From: Malacoraja senta
Lineage: Eukaryota
Reading direction: 5' to 3'
Assembly (NCBI GenBank): GCA_038087875.1
Contig: CM075992.1
Span: 6,822,001 to 6,886,000, forward strand
Length of the DNA: 64,000 nucleotides
Shown here in pieces: positions 36,987 through 49,746 of this stretch. The translations under genes and the position numbers were made by a program. How positions within the stretch are numbered: position 1 is the first letter of the stretch; every line of letters begins with the position of its first letter. Under the pieces are notes generated by a model. It saw only the letters and a program-made list of their open reading frames with translations. It ran no database searches and was not told the origin of the DNA.

Positions 36987-39900
36987 GTTGCACCCGAGCC
37001 TTCAGGCGTGTTAAATTTAACCCATGTTTTTAATTCCTTATGTGTAGGAAGGAACTGCTTTACACCAAAGTTAGACACAAAATGCTGGAGTAACTCAGCG
37101 GGACTTCTCTCCAGAGGTGCTGCCTGTCCTGCTGAGTTACTGCAGCATTTTGTGTCTATCTTTTAGATTCGTTAGTTGGTGTTCAGTGGGCAGGATCCAA
37201 TTGGTGGAGTCAGTTTCTGGTTTCAGACGGCTGGTGACGAGTTATGTGTAGCAAATCCTCTTGGGGGGGGGGGGGGGTGGCAGGGCAGGGGATCGGGGCA
37301 GATGTTTACTCATGGGGCAATCCAGAGCCAGACCATTACCATTATAAATAAGGCTCGCCCATCTAATATTGATGAGATGTAAAAGGGTCACTATTTGCTC
37401 TTCAAAAGCAAAGTCTTGCACCTATTAAAGCAAAAGTAAGAGTGTTCTTGATATGCAGAGACTCAAAAGAGTGCGCTGTTGCTGTTTTAAAGCCTATCAA
37501 ATGTGAATTTACTAAATCTAAAAATGATTTGGTGCTGCAGCCTGCCCCTCCTGATTTCATGTCCTTCCAGTTTGAAGGTGCTACTTTTGCAGGGATCTTT
37601 GGGGTGAGATAATACGGTATTTTGCTGTCTGATTAGTAGGTTTGCATGATGCAATCATAACTTGTATGCCTCTCCAGTTTGAAGGTGTTAGTATTGCAGG
37701 GATATTTGGGGTGATATGTTAAGGACTGCCCCTGTAATTTCATTAGATTGAAAGTGGGAAGTTTGCTGCAGTCTTAATCCTGAGCCAGTTCATTAAAACA
37801 AGTTGTTAGACGATTTCCACTCCTTGTTTGCTACTTTTCCACAGTACAGTATTATGATACTGGGAATGTACTGCTGTGGCAAACTTCCATAAACTGATGT
37901 TCAAGAAGTATATAGTCTTATAATAGATACTCCCCGGTTCTTGTGCTGTGATGAATTATTTCTGAAATTATTGTCAGTACACCTAATTTTTGGTAAGGGA
38001 AACGCAGACTGTTCAAACACTGAAATATGGGCTTGCATTGGGGAAGTAGGATGATTGAATACTTCTTAAATAGTCAGTTGAGCAGGGTGCCGGAGAGATC
38101 TTGTTTTCAATTTCCTTTGGAGGGTGAAGAGTGAATATCTCTCATTTACTTTGACTTGTTTGTTCCTGAGGTGTGAACCATTACGATAACTTATTAGAAT
38201 GATTTGCTGTTGGAAATGAAAGGAAGTGATTCACCTACAACTTCTGTAGTGAACAAAGGAGTGGAACATTCCATCAGGTTAAAAATGAATGATTGTTTCA
38301 AGGTTCACTCCCTGGAGATAAGAGATCAAGAAATGAGTATCAAGGACATCTAGCTGTCGGGTTAGTACCTGTGCAGGAAAATAACACACTGACATAGACA
38401 TTCAGTATTGTACACACACACACACACCACCATTTGATGAGATCAAGAGTTGAATGACCTATTCCAGTTTACAATTTTATATGTGATAAGGAGGTAATTC
38501 ACTCCACCCAGCATATTGCTACTTTTTAGATCAATTCCATTCCTCAATTTTTCCCTGCAGCTAATTCTCTAACATATGACCACGTGTGAACATGTACACT
38601 GACCCTCCCATGAACAACCTAGTCTATGGGTAATTTAATGTCTAATTAACCTAGTCCAGCATATTTTGGGGATGTGGAAGAGACTGGAGCACCTGGGGAA
38701 TTAGTGTCCACAAGGTTTCACGGTCCGTTTATTGTCACATGTACCAATTAATTACATGTACAAAGTACAATACATATGTGCTGCTGCAAGTAAGGATTTC
38801 ATTGTCCTGTTTTGGGACAAAATGCTCTTAATTCATGAAACCTGCACTGTCACTGGAAAAACACGCAAATCCTACACAGACAGCAGCTGAGGTCAGAAAT
38901 GAATGTATTTGCTGGAGCTGAAACGGTAGGACTAGCTGCACTGTCACTGTTTTGAGATTTGTTTCCTCTTGGCCCCTTTATCTCCATGGATTTCTGGGTT
39001 GTGTTTGATTTGTTGGCTAGTGCACCGCCTGCTTACACGTATAACAATTGAAGGGTTCAAATTGACCAAGCCACTCCTTGTTGTGAACATATGATAACAG
39101 CTTGTGCAAAGTGGCCTCTGATTGGCTGGCTGGCATGGTATGATCAAGCCGTCTTGTTGACTAAGTTACTGTTGATGGTCTCAGCTGCCTTTAGGTATTG
39201 ATGAGATGGCAACAAAAAAGCTTGTTATCCCGAGCACACAAACTGAGTTGCGCGTCTCATGAGAAATGATTCTTTTTAAAGTCGTACTGCAATAATTCTC
39301 TGCGAGCAGGCTTTTAAGTCCTGGTTGCAGTAATGATGCAGTTGCAGCTCTGTTTCTGCCTCTGCTGCAGTTTTGGGTTGTGTCTGTGATACACATCAGC
39401 CTGCTAGGCACTGGTTGAATCGAGGTGTCATCTGTGAAGCAGTGTGATAGCTTTCTAGGATGCTTTTCAGACAGTTGTTGCTTGCACTTAATCGAGCTTA
39501 GCATGCCGTTTGGGCTTGCAAATATAACCTGGGATTCACTTGTGGCAAAATGCCTAGTACTTTCTTGGTAGAAATGAGCAGTTATTATATTCAGTAAGTG
39601 TCTCTGTGTTAAGTGCCCTTTTATGTTGGGGAGTGGTTACAGGGTTGAGTTCTGCGCTGTGGTCTTTGGGAATCATTCTATGTTCCAAGAGAGAGCAGCT
39701 AAGTGTTACTCTTTCTGTCGGGCAACAGCAGATTATTGCTGAAGGCTGCAGAATTAATTTTGAATGAGGTTAAATGTTCAGTCCTGGGCATTGGAGGGGG
39801 TTAGTGTTAAATATTATGTTTAAATATAGATGGAGTGTATTGAATGTCTCATTAGATCATGTAGTTAAAGTTGCCTCATGGCAGCTCTCGACCTCGGTTG

Positions 39901-42608
39901 ATACTTTTTAATGCCCACCCTTTTGGAGTCCCAAATATTGATGGGCATTTCACCACCTCTTACCGCAGGACATGGAATTGATGGCTTCATACTAGTTGTT
40001 AGGAAAACTGATGTTTTTAAAAGTGGGGGTATAATAAATTGGAGACATTATTAGAAACTAATAACCAATGCCTCTTATTGAATGTTACATTTCAGATGCA
40101 TTGGTGAGAGGCATACATATTTCAGCTAAAGGTGCAACTTCAGCAGGTTAATTCCATTGAATGTAAATCTACCCAGTCTGGCAATCTCCCATTTAATGCC
40201 CTGATGACGCCCAAGCTGTAGCTGAAATGCGCTCCCCGGCTAGAACCCTCTTGACTTTTAAGAATGCAAGAAGGGATAGGACAAAATAACTAGAAAGACA
40301 TTCCATTAACTGTAGAATGAACAGACGGATCCAAGACTATGTGCAAGAGGTTTATAAAAAGTGTAAATTTGTCTGAGTTTCTGATCTTTGATTAATTGCA
40401 GTGCAACTTCTGGAAACTTCATTTATTAAGGTTTGACTGTTTGGTTCAGTTAGCTCATGCTTTAAAAAAAAAAAAAAAAAGATCCCATTTCGTTGTTCAT
40501 GTTCAAAATGTTTTTACTGTTTGCTACCTTTTATTTCCCCCTTTGAAACGTTTTCCTTTCGATTTCTAATGGCATATAATCCACCACCTTGCCTACATCT
40601 CATAAATCAGTGGGATCACGGACATATTCTTAATTTACTGGATATCTCTGTTCTATCTCCATTATTTTAAATACTTTGTCAGGTCTCTTTTCAAGCAGAA
40701 CTTTATTACATTTCAATCTTAATTCCTCAGTTGAATGTACACCTATTCTCTATAGTCTAGAAAGATTTCTGAGTAAATCTGGTATCCTCAGTCAGTGATG
40801 TAACTGGTGTCACTGAACTTAATGCAGATCCTCATTGGGTCCTTTAATCCCGACTCCTGGTGTATAGATGCAGGGGAAGATATTGATTAGTGTGCTACTG
40901 ACTGCAGCCAAGAGGATGGTGTTCCTGTAGGTGGCAGAGTGATCAGTATTAATACTCTTGTGTAGAAGCTATTGTAGAAGGTGAAATCTTGTTGCGTTTA
41001 AACTTTTATACTTCCGACTTCCAAGTATGAATGTGAGGTTAAGAGCCAGGCAATGGGAGCCATCTTTCCGTCTGATTCTATTTATTTATGGAGGAGTTGT
41101 AGCTGGAGTAACATGGTGCTTTGAATATCATGTTAACGTGCAGTCAGTTATTTCCTAGAATAGTGTGGGTGGGGCCATGAAATGTGTAGCAAGCAACAAA
41201 CCAATCCTGTCTCGTGAGGCCATCGGCCCATTTTCAGCAGCAAATGAGAGAAGTGAACCAAAGATGATTGTGTTCCTCTGCGTGAGTCATCGCCAGAGTA
41301 AAGTTTTACTAGTATTGGGGAAATCACCACAATTGGAATTTCTGCTTGAATTGGAATTTCTGCTTGAAATTGTATCGTCAAAGGGAAAGACTTTTCAAGC
41401 AAAGCTCTGACTCTCTTACCACCCCGCACAAAAAGGGGACTTTTAAACAAATCTCGGCAATCTTCCTGCAGATGTAACTTGTTGGGGTTTTTTGACAAAG
41501 TTACTGTTAACTCAATTGGTTATGTAGTGCAGTAGATTGATTATTGCCTGGTGTCATTTAATCTTTTTTTTTTTTTAATGAACAGGCAGATAATCAATCT
41601 ACTGAATAGGCTGTGTGCTGTGGTATTTTAGAGGAGTGCCTTTGATAGTTTTTTTCTGCACAGCTTGGTGAGAAGGCTGAGCTAGCAGTAATCCTGCCAG
41701 TTCCTTCAGTGATTGGCAAATCATTGTGTTTTACAAAGTTGTGGCAATGGACAGGGTGGTGGTGAGGTTGTGCTGCTTTTCCATTGAGTTAGCACAAAAA
41801 TGGGTGCTGGAGTAAGCCTTTTCTTCTCTATTGAAATCGTTCGTGTTATTTTTTTCTTGGTACCACTTTTCTTCATTTCCCCCATATCCCTTGTTTCCCT
41901 TAATAGCCAAAAGATTATTGAATATGATTTTGAATACTCCTGGTCACTGTGCCTCTACAGTCCACTTGGGTAGAGAATGCCAAATGGTTGTTCCTATTGA
42001 AGAATAAATGTTTTTCTTTCTTCATGCCTGATTAGCCCACTGCTCATTTTGTCTGTCAACTGGTTTGATCCTCAGGCAGGGGAAACATTGTATCTGCATC
42101 CATCTCTTTAACTGTGTTGTATATTTTCCTGTGACCATCCCTTATTCTAAGGTATGCAAAAATGCTGGAGAAACTCAGCCGGTGCAGCAGCATCCCTTAT
42201 TCTAATCTCAGGGTACAAACCTGGTCTCCTCATATCAGATCCATCACACTTGGAATAATCTGGTTATCAGCATCCAAACAAAATAGTCTTGAGTGCGATG
42301 TGGAACACATAATTGTCAATTGCTGCTAAAAGAATCAAAGGAATAATTTCTGTAGTTAGAAACCATTATTTAAGAGATGTGGTAATCAATCCGAGCCCAA
42401 TAGTTAGTGAGTGGCTACTCTCTATACAACTTAATGCAGGAAGTGGGAGAGGATTCTGAGGAAGAATCCTTGAGTTTGCCGAAAGAATCCTTGAGTTTCT
42501 AACTAAAATTGCCAGGGTGTCTTCCCTTTTGATATTTGGGTTTCCCTCTGATTTTAATCTTTGGCTTTTATAGTGATGAGGAAAGTGACCAGTATTTTGC
42601 TTTTTCAG

Positions 42609-42731
42609 CTATTGGACTGTGTGATCGGGACCACTTCGCGTGTGGTGATGGGAAATGTATTCTTTCACGCTGGCTCTGTGACGGACAGTCCGAATGTGAA
42701 GATGATTCGGATGAATCGCTGGAGACGTGCA
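42609..42731 (+). CDS. LDLR: LDLR exon 2 (LA repeat 1)
   Basis: 123 nt, AG/GT bounded; [37 protein letters not shown]. Confidence 0.97.
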
Positions 42732-43123
42732 GTAAGTGGAACTTTTGTTCTTTCAGTGGCAGTTGAACTGCACAAAATGCATCATCCCTGCTAAATTAGC
42801 CATTCCAGGGCATTAATTGCTTGCGCTGTAGTTTGTTTTTTGTCTGGATTTCCACTCCCACCTCCTGTAAAACTGAGTTACAGTGATGGTGTGAGGATAA
42901 TTAAGTGAGGGAGGAAAGTATTTGGAAAGGATATCTACTTGCTGAGCTTCTGCCATCCAAATGTACATTCTGCAGTCTGCTTATTTGGGAATCCATTGGG
43001 CTTGCCTAAATGGGAAAAGCTCTGCTTGATTGTGGGATTCATTTTAAATATGAAAAAAAATGAACATAATCCTATAGAGTTTAGAGTTTGTGTTGCACAT
43101 TTGAAATTTTCTCAATGTTTCAG

Positions 43124-43246
43124 AGAATAAGACCTGTGGCCCCCATGAGTTCAGCTGTGGTGGACGCGTTAACAAGTGCATCCCAGCGTCCTGGCGCTGT
43201 GACTCTGAGACTGACTGTGAGAACAAGTCTGACGAGGAGAATTGCC
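43124..43246 (+). CDS. LDLR: LDLR exon 3 (LA repeat 2)
   Basis: 123 nt; [38 protein letters not shown]. Confidence 0.97.
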
Positions 43247-43343
43247 GTAAGTGGCTCTGAATTTATATTTCAGCTCACGCAGTCGTTTTTAACCACTCAA
43301 CATCAAATCCTGTCTTACAATTCCTTGCTGTCCTGTTCCGCAG

Positions 43344-43724
43344 CTGCCCATATCTGCAAAGACAATGAGTTCCAGTGCCACGATGGAAACTGTGTCTCTC
43401 TGCAGTTTACCTGTGACGAAGAGGATGACTGTGCTGATGGCAGCGACGAACTAAAGTGTCCGCCACGGACCTGTGAACCCGCAATGTTCCAGTGTGACAA
43501 CGGCATGTGCATCCCAAGACTGTGGGCTTGCGATGGTGATCCCGATTGCCCCGATAAATCGGACGAATTCTCGCAGAACTGCGGACATCCAACAACATTT
43601 GAACGTCCCAATCCCTGCACTGCCCTAGAATTCCATTGTGCCACCAGTGGCGAGTGCATCCACGTGAAATGGCGCTGCGACGGCACCACAGACTGCAAGG
43701 ATAAATCTGACGAGGAGAGCTGTG
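43344..43724 (+). CDS. LDLR: LDLR exon 4 (LA repeats 3-5 with linker)
   Basis: 381 nt; three six-Cys DxSDE repeats; follows a 97-nt intron. Confidence 0.97.
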
Positions 43725-44332
43725 GTGAGTGTTTACAGCGCTCGCTCCTATGGCTATGTGTTGACCCGAAGCTAGAGGAGTCTCGGATGCAGGATTTCCT
43801 GTCCCAAGGATGTACTTGTATATCTAATCAAAAGCCAATGTTGTAGCTACGCAGGGGATGCCAGAGGTCTGGCAATCTTGAGTTTCTATGGTATTTGGTA
43901 GTAAGGAAGCAAGCCTCTGATTCATTTCATGACCGGAGTGGTCTCCCTGAAAAAATAATTGATTGATTGAGAGACACAGGCCCTCCATGCCGGCCATCGA
44001 TCAACTGTTCACACTAGCTCCGTTATCCCTTTTTCACATCCACCTGCTACACACACAGCAATTTACAAAGGCTATTTAACCTCCAAAACCTGCACGTCTT
44101 GGGGATGTGGTGGGGGCAGCTGGAGCACCTGGAGGAAATTTATGCCATCATAGGGAGAATGTGCAAACTCCATGCAGACAGCACCCAAGGTCGGGATCCA
44201 ACCCAGGTCTCTTGCGTTTTGAGTCGGCAGCTGTGCCACTGTACCACCTTAATGTTATGAGCATTACCAAACTAACGGAATCAACAGATATAATTTCCAG
44301 TGTGTTCATAAAGGTTTTTATTTCCCTTTAAG

Positions 44333-44455
44333 CTGTGACAACTTGCCGCCCTGATGAATTCCAGTGTGAAGACGGGACATGCATTCATGGAAGCCTTCAG
44401 TGCAATAAACAGTTTGACTGCCATGACCACAGCGATGAAGTTGGGTGTGTAAATG
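44333..44455 (+). CDS. LDLR: LDLR exon 5 (LA repeat 6)
   Basis: 123 nt; [36 protein letters not shown]. Confidence 0.97.
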
Positions 44456-45133
44456 GTATGTTGATTTCCATAAATTACCATGTTTTTGAACTAAAATTTC
44501 CTTCAGTCGCTGTAGATCTGTTTAGTTCATATGAGAGATTTTTTTCTATCAAATCTTATGTTAATGGGACAAGGTGCACTTTTCTTCAGCCAAAGCTGGT
44601 TGTACTTTGAGACTTAATGAACAATTTGCTATACTGAATGTTATTGGTCTTGCCCAGATTTTAGCCTGGTTAGGTATCTTGCTGTAATCCAGGCATCTCT
44701 AATTATGCAGTTGGAGCAAAGAAACATCCCATTCACCAATTAATTGGGATACATTGTAAAAATTGATATTTTCTTTCCTTTACTCATATTTTTTTTCTTG
44801 GATGCTGTCCAAGTTTGACTTGGTGGTAGCTCTCTTGTTGCTGAATGTTGGGAGATTATTGAACCATTTTATTAGTGGTGTTTGTTATCAGACTTCAAGA
44901 ATGGAATACTGTTCCATTCCCTGCCTTGGTGTATGTGACCCTACCATTTGGTGTAAAATGCAAACCTAGCTGCTGTTAAGATAATTAAAGTGCTGTCCTG
45001 CTTCCATACAAAAATACCCCCCATCTTTGCCCCTTCACTAGTTTATTGCATTGGGACAAACAGTGGTTGTTGCAGCCATTTGAGACAATGCAATGAATTT
45101 AGTCCTTCAACTTTCCCTTTTTTTTACCTGCAG

Positions 45134-45256
45134 TGACCCGGTGTGAAGGTCCCCATAAGTTCAAATGTAGGAGTGGGGAGTGTATCCTCCTGGACCAAGT
45201 GTGTGACAAGCGGCGTGATTGCCGGGACTGGTCCGATGAGCCCGTGAAGGAGTGTG
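45134..45256 (+). CDS. LDLR: LDLR exon 6 (LA repeat 7)
   Basis: 123 nt; [38 protein letters not shown]. Confidence 0.97.
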
Positions 45257-45437
45257 GTACGTCAGACGTTCAATTTTAACGCTCTATTTGTCTCTTACCT
45301 TTCTAGAAGTGGGCTGGTGGTGATGGCAAATAGGAGGATTGAGGGGGTCTGTCATTTAACTGAGATGTAACTGAGCAGGACAAGGATGAATAGGTTAAAC
45401 TGGTGTTAATGCCTTTGCTTCCATCATTCTGATTTAG

Positions 45438-45557
45438 GTGATAATGAATGCCTGCAAGAAAATGGAGGCTGTTCACACATATGTAAAGATCTGAAGGTCG
45501 GTTATGAGTGTCTCTGTCGACCAGGGTTCCGGCTGGTTGATAATACCAAATGTGAAG
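45438..45557 (+). CDS. LDLR: LDLR exon 7 (EGF-A)
   Basis: 120 nt; [38 protein letters not shown]. Confidence 0.97.
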
Positions 45558-45676
45558 GTTTGTATGCATTGCCATCTTCCCAGTACCCAACATTCCTCAC
45601 ATGATTCCTTTATTGCAAAATGTTATTCAAAGGATACAACTGATGTCGACACCTTGGATTTTTTTTTTCTATCCAG

Positions 45677-45802
45677 ATATTGATGAGTGTGAGAACCCAG
45701 ATACATGCAGTCAGATTTGCATGAACCTGAATGGTGGATTCAAGTGTGAGTGTAAGGAAGGCTATCACATGGATCCAGTGACTCAGCAGTGCAAAGCAAT
45801 TG
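45677..45802 (+). CDS. LDLR: LDLR exon 8 (EGF-B)
   Basis: 126 nt; [30 protein letters not shown]. Confidence 0.97.
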
Positions 45803-46382
45803 GTAAGGACCGTGAAGACTGTGCATGAGGTTTTATTTGAAATTTTAGCGACTCTAGTCGTCTACCTTCTCAATTGCTCTTGTCTTTGTTTTGAGTGCTT
45901 TTAAGTTAAATCGAACATTAATTTCCAAGTGCACAGCAGTTTGCGTGGGGTAGTTAACTAGTGATGACTACAGAATATTGTCATATTTGTGAAGAGGTGC
46001 CCTATGCTGACTGCTTTTTTTCTCCCCCTAAGCTTTATTGGATTTCATATTGTTACTAGAACATGAGGTTAGAAAAGCACAGCACCTGAACGGGCCCTTC
46101 GGCCTGCAGTGTCTATGGCCTACATAATGCCAAGATAAGCTAATCTTGTGTGCCTGCACATGATCCACATCCCAGCATTCTCTGCATATCCAAAAGCCTC
46201 TTAAACACCACCATTGTGTCTGCCTCCACCACCAGTGCATACCAGGCATATATGTTGTTTTTTTTAAATGCCACGCACTTAAACCTTGCCCCTTTGCACC
46301 TTAAAGCAATGCCCTCTAGTCTTGGACATTTCTACCCTCAAAGGATCTCATTCTCGTCTGAATAATAAGATAACTTATTATC

Positions 46383-46692
46383 TTCTTGCATTTGAGGCAG
46401 TAGAGGTTATGTAACGACCTCCAGGCGCTGTAGCCAGTTCAATGGTGGTCTTGGCCTTGGTGAGGCCTTCCGCATTCAGCTTCAGCAGGGTGATGCCATC
46501 CGGTTTGACATCCTTAGGTGCCTGCCCTAAAAAGGGCCATGCTCTGGGTTGGTGCCAAGCTGAGGCTGCATTAGGGCTGCAAGCTGTTGGTGTTTGTTGG
46601 TTGTTATTTCTGCTGCTGTCTGTTTGTTGTCGTTCACCTGACTGAGGTCAGTTGACAGGGCTCACCATGGGAAGGTCGACAACATGAGCCCC
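46383..46692 (-). mobile_element. 310-bp non-autonomous retro-insertion in LDLR intron 8, with 11-bp TSD and a 5' HDV-like ribozyme fold
   Basis: TSD AACTTATTATC at 46372-46382 and 46693-46703. The - strand ends in GCAAGAA(GA). Confidence 0.85.
46626..46692 (-). ncRNA. HDV/CPEB3-like ribozyme fold (probably inactivated copy)
   Basis: P1 GGGGCTC/GAGCCCT with G1-U wobble; P2 GTTGTCG/CGACAAC; P3 ACC/GGT; L3 TTCCCAT; P4 CTGAC/GTCAG; J4/2 GTGAA. Confidence 0.8.
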
Positions 46693-46961
46693 AACTTATT
46701 ATCATAACTTTAAACTTCTACCAGGTCTCCACTTGACCACTGATGCCTAGTATATGGAGTTGGTTGGGTCATTCCTTCATCAAAGATCAGCACTTTCAGT
46801 GTGTGTACAATGTATAACCTTCAATAAGGTCAAGACTTGTGATGCATTGGATAGGCTAGTGACGTGGTCTTGTTGACCTGACCTGAGTTTTGTTCATTTC
46901 AATCGATGAATTTGTTTGAATTGGCTGTATCTGATGTATCCCACTCTGAATGTAATTCCAG

Positions 46962-47133
46962 GGACTGTAGCATATTTGTTCTTCACCAGCCGGCACGCTG
47001 TCAGAAAACTGACTCTTGATCGGAGTGAGTACACCCAGCTGGTCCCCAGTCTGAAGCACGTTGTGGCACTCGACATGGAGGTGGCCACAAACAAGATCTA
47101 TTGGGCTGACGTGGATCAGAAGAAAATCTTCAG
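46962..47133 (+). CDS. LDLR: LDLR exon 9 (beta-propeller start; [13 protein letters not shown])
   Basis: 172 nt, AG/GT bounded, phase 1-2. Confidence 0.96.
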
Positions 47134-47698
47134 GTGATTCTATCAGTAGTTTGGGAAATCAGGGTTGGGTTTGGTTTATTATTGTCATGTGGGGAAACAG
47201 CCCCTTTGGCCCATCGAGTCCGTGCCAACCAGCGATCCCAGCATGCTTACACTATCCTACACACACACACACGGGACAATTTACAATTATGCCTACGAAC
47301 CTGTACGTCTTTGGAGTGTGGGAGGAAACCGGAGAAAACCCATGCAGGTCACGGGGAGAACGTACAAACTACGTACAGACAAGCACCTGTAGTCGGGATC
47401 GAACCTGGGTCTCTGGCGCTGTAAGGCAGCAACTCCACCACCGTGCCACGCTGAAGTGTACCCAGATGCAGTGAAAAGATTTTGTTTTTCACCAGTGATT
47501 GGCACCATTACATGGCTGGTGATAACAGCATGATCCTAATATGCTGCCAGGCTGCTGACCGGAGAGATTTGCATTTAGAATTCAGTCACATTTCCCGACA
47601 ACTTTGTTGATATTTATGGTGCAGTGAATCCATCTTTTGTGTAAATATTTGGATTCAAGTTAGATCTCTAACCCTCCAACTTTTCTCTTTTCCTCCAG

Positions 47699-47926
47699 TT
47701 CTCTAATGGACCAAGCTGAGAACTCTTCTCATCATTCTACAGTGATTGAGACTGAGATTGAAGCACCAGATGGTCTGGCTGTTGACTGGATTCACCAGAA
47801 CATCTATTGGACAGATTACCGTGCCAGTACTGTCTCTGTGGCTAACACCGCTGGAACAAAAAGAAAAGTGCTCTTCAAAGAAGCCGTTTCAAAGCCCAGG
47901 GCCATTGTTGTGGACCCTGTCCATGG
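47699..47926 (+). CDS. LDLR: LDLR exon 10 ([16 protein letters not shown]...PRAIVVDP)
   Basis: 228 nt, phase 2-2. Confidence 0.96.
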
Positions 47927-49005
47927 GTACGTGCTGTTTTTGAAGTAAAATTCAGCATGAGTTTTATAAAAACAGTTTATATAAATTGTCAGTGGGGCCC
48001 ATATTGAGTTGAACTTTAATTGTATAGGCTTTGTTGTTACTAAGATATATGGTCTATAATTCATTCCAAGGTGGTGCCCAGACCAGGCTACTCTCTGTAT
48101 GCAGGCTACAGAAGTGGTTCTGTAATCACCCCGCTCTTTTAAACTTCTATTCCAACAGCAGCATTTCTTACTTTAACTATGCTACTCCGACTATCTTTAA
48201 CCGGACTTTATCTTGCACTAAACGTTATTCCCTTTATCCTATATTTGTACACTGTGGGTGGTTAAATTGTTATCATGTATAGTCTTTCCGCTGACTGGTT
48301 AGCACGCAACAAAAAGCTTTTCACTGTACCTTGCATATGACAAACTAAGTTATAATTTGAGGGGGGGTGTGCAGAATCAAAGTAAGCTTGGCATAAAGTG
48401 GGGTGATGCTTTGATGGCTAGAAAGCATTGAACTAAAGAAAGTGGAAATTTGGAAAAGCACAGGTGCTGGAAGCTCAGCAAATTGGGATGCAGTGAATGT
48501 AGGCAGGTCCATTGTCAAAACTGGAAAATAAGTAATTGAGGCAGGAACTGTAATCTTCAGAGATTTGGACAGGTACAGGAATAGGAAAGGTTAAGGGAGA
48601 TGGGCCATGCACAGGCAAATGGGACTAGTTTGGACAGGATAGTGGAATTGGACTGAAGGGTCTGTTTTCAGGATGTATGACTCTGACTAAAATATTTTAC
48701 TTCTCAATCCTGACAAATCTTGAGCCTGAAACTAGCCCTTTCTTTCCTCAAATGTCACATGACCTGGGCATTTTTATTTTATTTTTTGCATTTGTCAAGC
48801 AACTCGTAAGTTGACCATCTAGTGTTTTGAGGGATGAAAAGCAAGGTGACCTTTTCCTTTTGATTTGGATTAGCAGTGTGAACATAGAACAGTACAGCGT
48901 GGGAACAGGGCCTTCAGCCCACAATGTGCTGAACATGATGCCAAGTTAAATTAATCTCTTTTGCCTGGATAGTGACTGAACTAATTGATTCTTTGCCCCC
49001 CTCAG

Positions 49006-49124
49006 GTTTCTGTATTGGAGTGATTGGGGCTCCCCTGCCAAGATTGAGAAAGGAGGTTTGAATGGAGTGGATCGTACGTCACTAGTCAATGAAGGGATTC
49101 AATGGCCAAATGGAATCACCCTGG
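49006..49124 (+). CDS. LDLR: LDLR exon 11 ([20 protein letters not shown]...WPNGITL)
   Basis: 119 nt, AG/GT bounded. Confidence 0.96.
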
Positions 49125-49746
49125 GTGAGTGTTCATATCTTGACTTTAGATTTTAGAGATACAGCGTGGAAACGGGCCCTTTGGCCCACTGAGTCCATGC
49201 TGACCAGAGATCACCCCATACACTAACCTACACACTGGGGACAATTTTACAACTTGCCAAAGCCAATTAACCTACAAACCTGTTTTGGGGGGGGGGGGGG
49301 GGGGGGGTTGTGGTGTGGGAGGAAACTGAAGCACCCAGAGAAACCCCAGGCAGTCACGGGAGAACATACAAACTCCGCACAGACAGCACCCATAGTCAGG
49401 ATCAAACCCGTGTTTCTGGCATTGTAAGGCAACAACTGTACCACTGTCGTCCCAAATTAGATTTTTATTATTTTTGTCTTATCCAAATGGGTTATCATTT
49501 TGAGCTAGTCAGTATTGAGGAGAGCTGCCTTGAATGCAGGTCTTCTGCATAGACTTGTCTTATTTGACACTGGGTTGACAGGTTTCCACTAACCATGGAT
49601 CTTCCCCAGTGCTCCATTGGCCTTCACTGCAGTCTTCATTCCCTGGAATATTTTGGGTTTTTTGTTTTAAAGTTATGATTGGAAATTGTTTGAGAATATC
49701 AAAAAGCGTGTTGGGACTGTGTGTGATGGTTCGGTTTTTGTTCCAG

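Noticed and set aside
36030..37165. CRISPR-like array of recurring palindromic repeats
   Set aside because: Eukaryotic intron with irregular spacing and variable orientation; explained by Penelope-derived repeats.
49210..49219. SRE-like ATCACCCCAT
   Set aside because: It lies within a SINE whose copies commonly contain GGGGTGATC.
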